Source of the DNA: Mantamonas sphyraenae STR306 | Lineage: Eukaryota > Protista > CRuMs | NCBI GenBank assembly: GCA_026936335.1 | Contig: JAPMXV010000053.1 | Coordinates: forward strand, 372,001-436,000 | Length of the DNA stretch: 64,000 bases | Direction of reading: 5' to 3' | In this document: positions 58,801 through 64,000 of the stretch, piece after piece | Numbering within the stretch: position 1 is the first letter of the stretch | Layout: every line of letters starts with the position of its first letter | The notes under the pieces: generated by a model | What the model was told of the DNA's origin: nothing | Seen by the model: only the letters and a program-made list of their open reading frames with translations | Database searches by the model: none | Made by a program: the position numbers and the translations under genes

Positions 58801-61800
58801 GGATGCACTGGGCAGGGGTGGTTTGTGGCGTGTTGACGGTGATGGTGTACGGAGAGTTTTGAACGTGTCGGCCGTACACGGTGATGCCAAAGGAGTAGAC
58901 GCCGTTGCGAAGGGGCGAGCGGGCCCAAACGGTGAACGCGCCGTTTCCGTGCACAATAATATTGCTGTCCAGCGGCCCTACTGTTGCAATGTGCGTTGCT
59001 GGAATGACGGAATTGAGGGTGTTGCCAAAGGCGTCTACACCGTGGAAATTGAAGAGGCGGACGATTTCGACGTTGCCACAGCAGTGGCGAGCGGTGGCGG
59101 TGGATGCCTGGGCACCTCCGGGGATGTTGGGCGCATAGGCAAGGTTGGGGTTGACGGTGATGACGAAAGCGCTGTTTTGGATGTCGGCACCATCAGCCTT
59201 GAGCTTGACGTTCATGGAGTAGGAGCCTGCGCGAGTGAGGTTGAGAGCAAATGCATGGTCTCCCGTGGTGCCACCGACGACAGGAGTCGAATCGATCGTC
59301 AAGGAGAAGCCGTTTGCCTGACTGGAAGTGCCTGTGACGGAGAGGGTGAAAACGTCGTCGTCGTGGAGCTGGAGGGCGGAGTTTGTGTCGCGCGCAAACA
59401 CGGTGAGCGAGACGATGCTGCCGGCGGTGTAGGTTGTCGGCGGAGTGGAGCGGGTGCTCTTGATTGCCTGTGTGGGAAGCCAAAAGGTGACAGTTCGTGG
59501 AGGGGCAAAGTCGATGTTGCCGTAGAGAAAGTGCACGGTGACGGGGCCAGCGGAGGAGCGTGCAGTGAAGCGGCACTGATAGTCGAAGTCAGAGTTTCCG
59601 GGGTTGCCTACTCGGATGATATCGAAGCGCTCTGTGCCGATGACACACTGGCGCCTGGGGTACATGCGGCAAAGCGGGCAGAAGCCATCCCATTTCGAAC
59701 CTCGATCAGCCACAAAGGCCGACGTAAGGGATTGCCACGGGGCATTGGCTGGTGGGAGGCGAAGGGTGTGGACAGTTGCGCCAGCGGTGGGATTGTTGGC
59801 GTCCCAGTTTGTGTAGTCGATGGGAGAACCGTCGGTCCATGCGTACCAGCCCCGGTTGAGGGGCGCAGAGCCATCCCACTTGAGACCCGTGTAAAAGTAA
59901 TTCCTGTTGTTGTAGAGAGCCATGTCTGCGATGGCACGGGCATAAACGGACTCGGCGTCTGTGTGGACGCTTCCGATGATGGACGGGATCGGGTTGCGGT
60001 CCAAGGAGGCGCAAATGGGCGCGGCCTGTGCCTCGTTGGCGTAGTAGTAAGATTGCCCCTTGTTGCGAGCACGCGTCCACAGGCAGTGGGAGAAGGGGCA
60101 AAACTGAACCTTGTCATTTGTGTGTGGATCGAGGTCGATATTGCGAGGCTGGAACGTGATGGATGAGGTCGTGCCTCCTGCGAGAAAGGTGGAGGAGGTG
60201 TGCGTAAGACCGGCAGGCGCAGATGGAATGTGGCGTGCTCTTCCCGTGCCGCCGGTGGCACCCACATTGTTCGCATGGGTGAGCGAGCCGGTTGGCATGG
60301 GTCCGATGGCACCGCCGGTGATGAGAAGATTGAGGGAGGTTGTACCAGGAGCATGGATGAGAATATCGCCGCCTCCACCGCCTCCTCCTGGCGCATTGCC
60401 TGCGGCAGTGGAGCCGGAACCCGCAGCACCGCGGACGTCTACAGAGCCAGAGCCGCGCACTTCCTCGTCGGCAATTAGGATGACGATGCCACCGCCGGCG
60501 CCACCACTGTGTGAATTGAAGTTGTTCTTGCACGAGGAGGATCCGCCTGAACCAAACATGAGGCGAGAGCCGTCGTAGAGAACGGATGGGAGGTTTGAAC
60601 TGCTGTAGGTACCGCCTACGGAGGTACCGTCCACTTTTTGCCTGGTGATTGAGGAGCTTGCGGTAAAGGAGCCACCTGGACAACCAATGCCGATGAAGTT
60701 TGCGTCTGTGTGGAGGAGGCATGTGCCAGACGTGGACGGTGTGACGGCAGATCGAATGCCCTCGGCGTTGGTGACTGTCTGTGCTTCACCGCCTGGCCAG
60801 CCTGCACCCATGGCCGACACCTTGCAGGAGGAGCAAATGTCGATGACACGAGCGTGGATGATGACGATGCCGCCTTTGGTGCCGTCGAAATTTGCTGGGG
60901 CGGAGTAGGTTGCGCCATCCACGAGCGTGAAGGTGTCATGGTGCGCATAGCGCACGAGTTGGGCTGAGGGCGTGCCAACGCGTAGAATGTTGACATCGAT
61001 GGGGTGGTTCAAAGTGACCTTTGCTGAGCCAACGTTGACGTCGACGATGCGGCGAAACTGGAAGCCGCCTGTGCTGGCGGTGGAGTGGAAGCCGGCGCCA
61101 GCATGTGTGTGGAGCATGACGTGGTCTCCGACCGCAAGACCGGAGACGGAGTCGAGCTGGAGGACGGTGTCGTCCGGGCTGTAGTAGGGTCCGGCCCCGT
61201 TGCCGACAACAGCGTAGTAGGCAAGGTGAGGCGAGGGTGCACTCTGGCCGCTGAGGGTGTACGATGTTGCGGAGGGGTCGACCTGAGAGAAGAGAGTGAC
61301 AAAGTCGGGGAGCTTCTTGAGGGGCAGAGGCTTGTCATCGAGGGTGATCTGGACGCCGTGGTGGAAAATGGCAGGGTAGAGCGTTTCGGACTCGAGGAAA
61401 CCAGTGGTGGGTAGCGGGCAGCGGAGGCGGGAGATGGATACAAAGAGAGCGTCGGTGAAGCCAAGGCGCGGGCCCCAGTAGCACTTGTAGCTTTCGCGAG
61501 GAGTGCAGATGTAGCGGTTGTACTTTGTGCCTGTGGCAACCATCTTGAGTGGGTTCGTAGGCGCTCCCGAGTACTGGAGAACAACGTCGCCGTTTGTGGT
61601 GAGAGTGTCGATTTCACTGGAGATAGTGCTCCAATCGACACCGGCCCAGGAGTCACCATTAAAGGTGCCTGCACTGCGGGACAGCCCGACAAAGGTCGAG
61701 TGTTGGGTGACGCTGGAGGTGAACGTGGGCTTGAGGGAGGCGGCGAGGCTATGTAGAGCCCATGCTTGGTTAGCACTTGTTGGTGAAGCGGGGACAGCAT

Positions 61801-64000
61801 TTGGCGACCAGGCAGCGCATCGTGTGCGGACTTGGTCGAGGGTGAGGGATGTCTCGGTGTGAAAGACCTTGTATGCGTGATAATACTGGTTGTAGAGGTT
61901 AGGGCCACGTACAGTGCCGCGGATGAGGTCGAGATCGACGTACGCGTCGGTAGGGGAGAGTTGCTGCTTGGTGAGGGCGTGTTCAGTGCATACGGAGTCG
62001 ACGTAGTCCTTGCGGCCACGGGCACCGTCGACGGTAGGGTTGCCGTTTGGATTTGCGGGGGAGGATCGCTTGGAATGTCGACAGTAAACTCGCTGTTGGA
62101 AATGGACTCTGGCGAGCGGGTGAGGAATTGGATGACGCCGCCGCCTCCTGGGGCGCCACAGACGGCGGTGCCACAGGGGGGCGGATCAGCCGATACGATG
62201 ACGGAACCGGGGCCGTACATGGTGTCGATCATAAAGAGGGCGGCTCCTGCGCCGGTGCCACCTGCAGCGGCTTCGGCGACGTTGTCCTTTGCGGAAGCAG
62301 AGCCGCCTCCGCCTCCAAATGCCAGATTGCGGTTGTTTGGAACGTTTGTGCCTGCCTGTGACCCAGGAGAGGCTGTGGCGAACCCCTCAGTGCCATATCC
62401 GCCGCCTCCACCGCCACTCTGTGCCTTGGACTGGGCAGCGTTGCCTCCGCCTCCGCCGCGGCCGTTCCTGTTTGGCGACGGGGTGGAGACGGTGCCTGTG
62501 AAGCCTTCGCCGGGAATGCCGTGGCCTGTGATTGTTGGTGCAGGGCCGCCGCGGAAGCCGGTGCCAGCAGTTGAGAACTGGGCGGTTGCGTGGAGGAAGA
62601 CGATTGCGCGCGCACGGACGGCAAGGACTCCACCGATGGTGCCGTTCCAGGGGAGAGGCTTGACGATGGCGTCCTGGTTGAGAAAAAGTGTGTTGTAGGT
62701 CGGCATGTAGACGAGTTGAGAGCCAATGGCGGGGAACTGGTACATGATGTCGCGATCGAGGGTGAGGAGGGTGTGGCCATTGTGGACGGCGATGACGCGC
62801 GCGGGCTGACCGAACTGTTCCAAGGGCGTGTTGGGGTCTGCAGCGAGATCTGTGCGTTGGGAGGCGTGGAGGACGATCCAATGGCCCGGGAGAATGTGTG
62901 TGGCAGGGGAGGAAAGGGTGACGTTGCGCACGTTGATACCCGGGGCGAGGTCTGCAGCAAGGGTGTGGTAGGTGTTGATGATGTGTGTGCCTGCCATGAG
63001 GGTGGACGAAGGGAAGCGATGTTGATCGCACGGGCCAGCAAAGCCGACGGAGCGGTCGGGAAAGTCTTGAAGTGCGTTGTCGGCAAAGTTCTGGGCGGCG
63101 ATAGGGACGTCGTTGACGGTGATGGTGACGGTCATGGACGCTGTCTTGCGGTGGTTGGAGAGAGGACAGCGTACTTGAAGAGAATGTGCGGTGGGATCGT
63201 ATCGGTCGATGATGGCATCTGCGTCGTCGTAGAAGGCGGAAAACTTGCAGCGAACACGTGGAGTCTGGCGGCAGACGACACTGCCGGTTGGGTTTGTCTC
63301 GTCGGAGTACCTGAGCGTGGAAAGAGGCACAGAGGCGGTGGGGACGAGAATGTGGCCGTTGGGGAGGCCAGCTGCTTGTGGCCTTGCCTGGGCCCAGCCG
63401 GGAGAGTAGTCGAGGGTGGTCTGGTCGAGTGTGTTGCGCCAGGAGAGGCCATCGGTGGTAGAGGCGCCTGGAACAAGGGCCGTAGAGCCTGAGGCGACTG
63501 AGTAGAGAGTGGCCAGGTCTGTGGAGGAGTGAACAGAAGGGATTTGCCACCCGGGGCCCTTTGCCGTGCAGGTTGCGGCGTGATTGGCGACAGGTTGAGG
63601 ATTGGCAGGCGAAAAGCAATGCTGGTAGAGGCAACGTGGGGAAGAGGCGGAGGGGCCAAAGTGGATGTTGGTGATGGTGAAGCCGAGCGGGTCGAATGTT
63701 GTCTCGCGAGGAGCTGTGAGTGCGGCACAGGAAAGGCCGTGTGAGACGGTGATGACTGCGCCAGGACCACCGTCGCCACCAGCCTTGGGATTGATTGCCG
63801 TGGTGTCTCCAGAGCCACCAGAGACGTCAAACTCGATCGCAGCCGGGACCGACTTTGCGTGGACAAAGATGGTTCCACCTGCACCACCTCCTCCACCAGC
63901 AAGGGTGGTCGTGTGCACGTTCGTGGCACCGTTGAGGCCCCTGGCGACAGCCTGGGCGGCGTTGCCAACGGTATCGATGGTGTCTGCCAGCACAAAGATG
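43832..64000 (-). CDS. Giant mosaic cell-surface protein (>6,700 aa, 5'-truncated, apparently intronless): Gly-rich adhesin-like modules, C-type-lectin-like and IPT/TIG domains, filamin-type Ig repeats, beta-propeller, Ig-like tandem repeats, Cys-rich stalk, ~9-TM region, charged cytoplasmic tail; frame breaks near 62060, 47255, 45568, 44010
   Basis: ORFs 61009-63993, 47060-61543 (frame open upstream to ~62050), 45501-48197, 43861-45858 and 43832-44233 tile one protein. Motifs: WTDGSPIDYTNW (CTL); PTTGPSTGATILTISGNNF (IPT); HIAGSPF and RD.FGN (filamin/Ig); D.DGNVYV and W.RQFGS (SBBP-like propeller); CAEGYHGPLCSLC; KILLNYMQV; GY..KRYWWELVILIRK; RPFK..LE. Confidence 0.85.

Noticed and set aside
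43990-62070. Four frame breaks in the giant surface gene (and one in GSAP near 38120) as separate genes or phase variation
   Set aside because: Each is fixed by adding one base (e.g. TAC[C]GT restores GYRGKRYWWE; GTGCCC[C]TC in GSAP), the same error signature as in UBR4.

Overview
This is a very gene-dense, GC-rich stretch of a eukaryotic (protist-like) nuclear genome with GT-AG spliceosomal introns; I cannot assign the lineage. I can support about 19 protein-coding genes. From left to right: a 5'-truncated UBR4/BIG E3 ligase; an intron-containing bacterial-type UvrA (class II/DrrC-like); a membrane-anchored SDR; a PAP2 phosphatase; COX6B; WDR44; TMEM258/OST5; a hidden 4-exon prefoldin-like (ASDURF-like) microprotein; a CaMK1-like kinase; TMEM209; OST4; a hypothetical helical protein; a GULO-family FAD oxidase fusion; GSAP; a TLC-domain protein; a WDR26-like protein; a TIS11/ZFP36-like protein; and a >6,700 aa mosaic surface protein with about 9 TM helices that runs off the right edge. 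Ten reading-frame breaks look like single-base sequencing indels. The most striking signals are: (1) a 20-residue near-perfect histone H3 N-tail copy (H3 T6-A25, 19/20 identical) in frame inside UBR4; (2) immediately downstream, a eukaryote-adapted UvrA with a basic/acidic tail; (3) an operon-like ATGA stop/start overlap at OST4; (4) ~500-nt hairpin-tiled introns in three tiny housekeeping genes; and (5) a sawtooth G/C strand skew that ignores gene orientation. All family calls come from motif recognition by eye; no searches were run.
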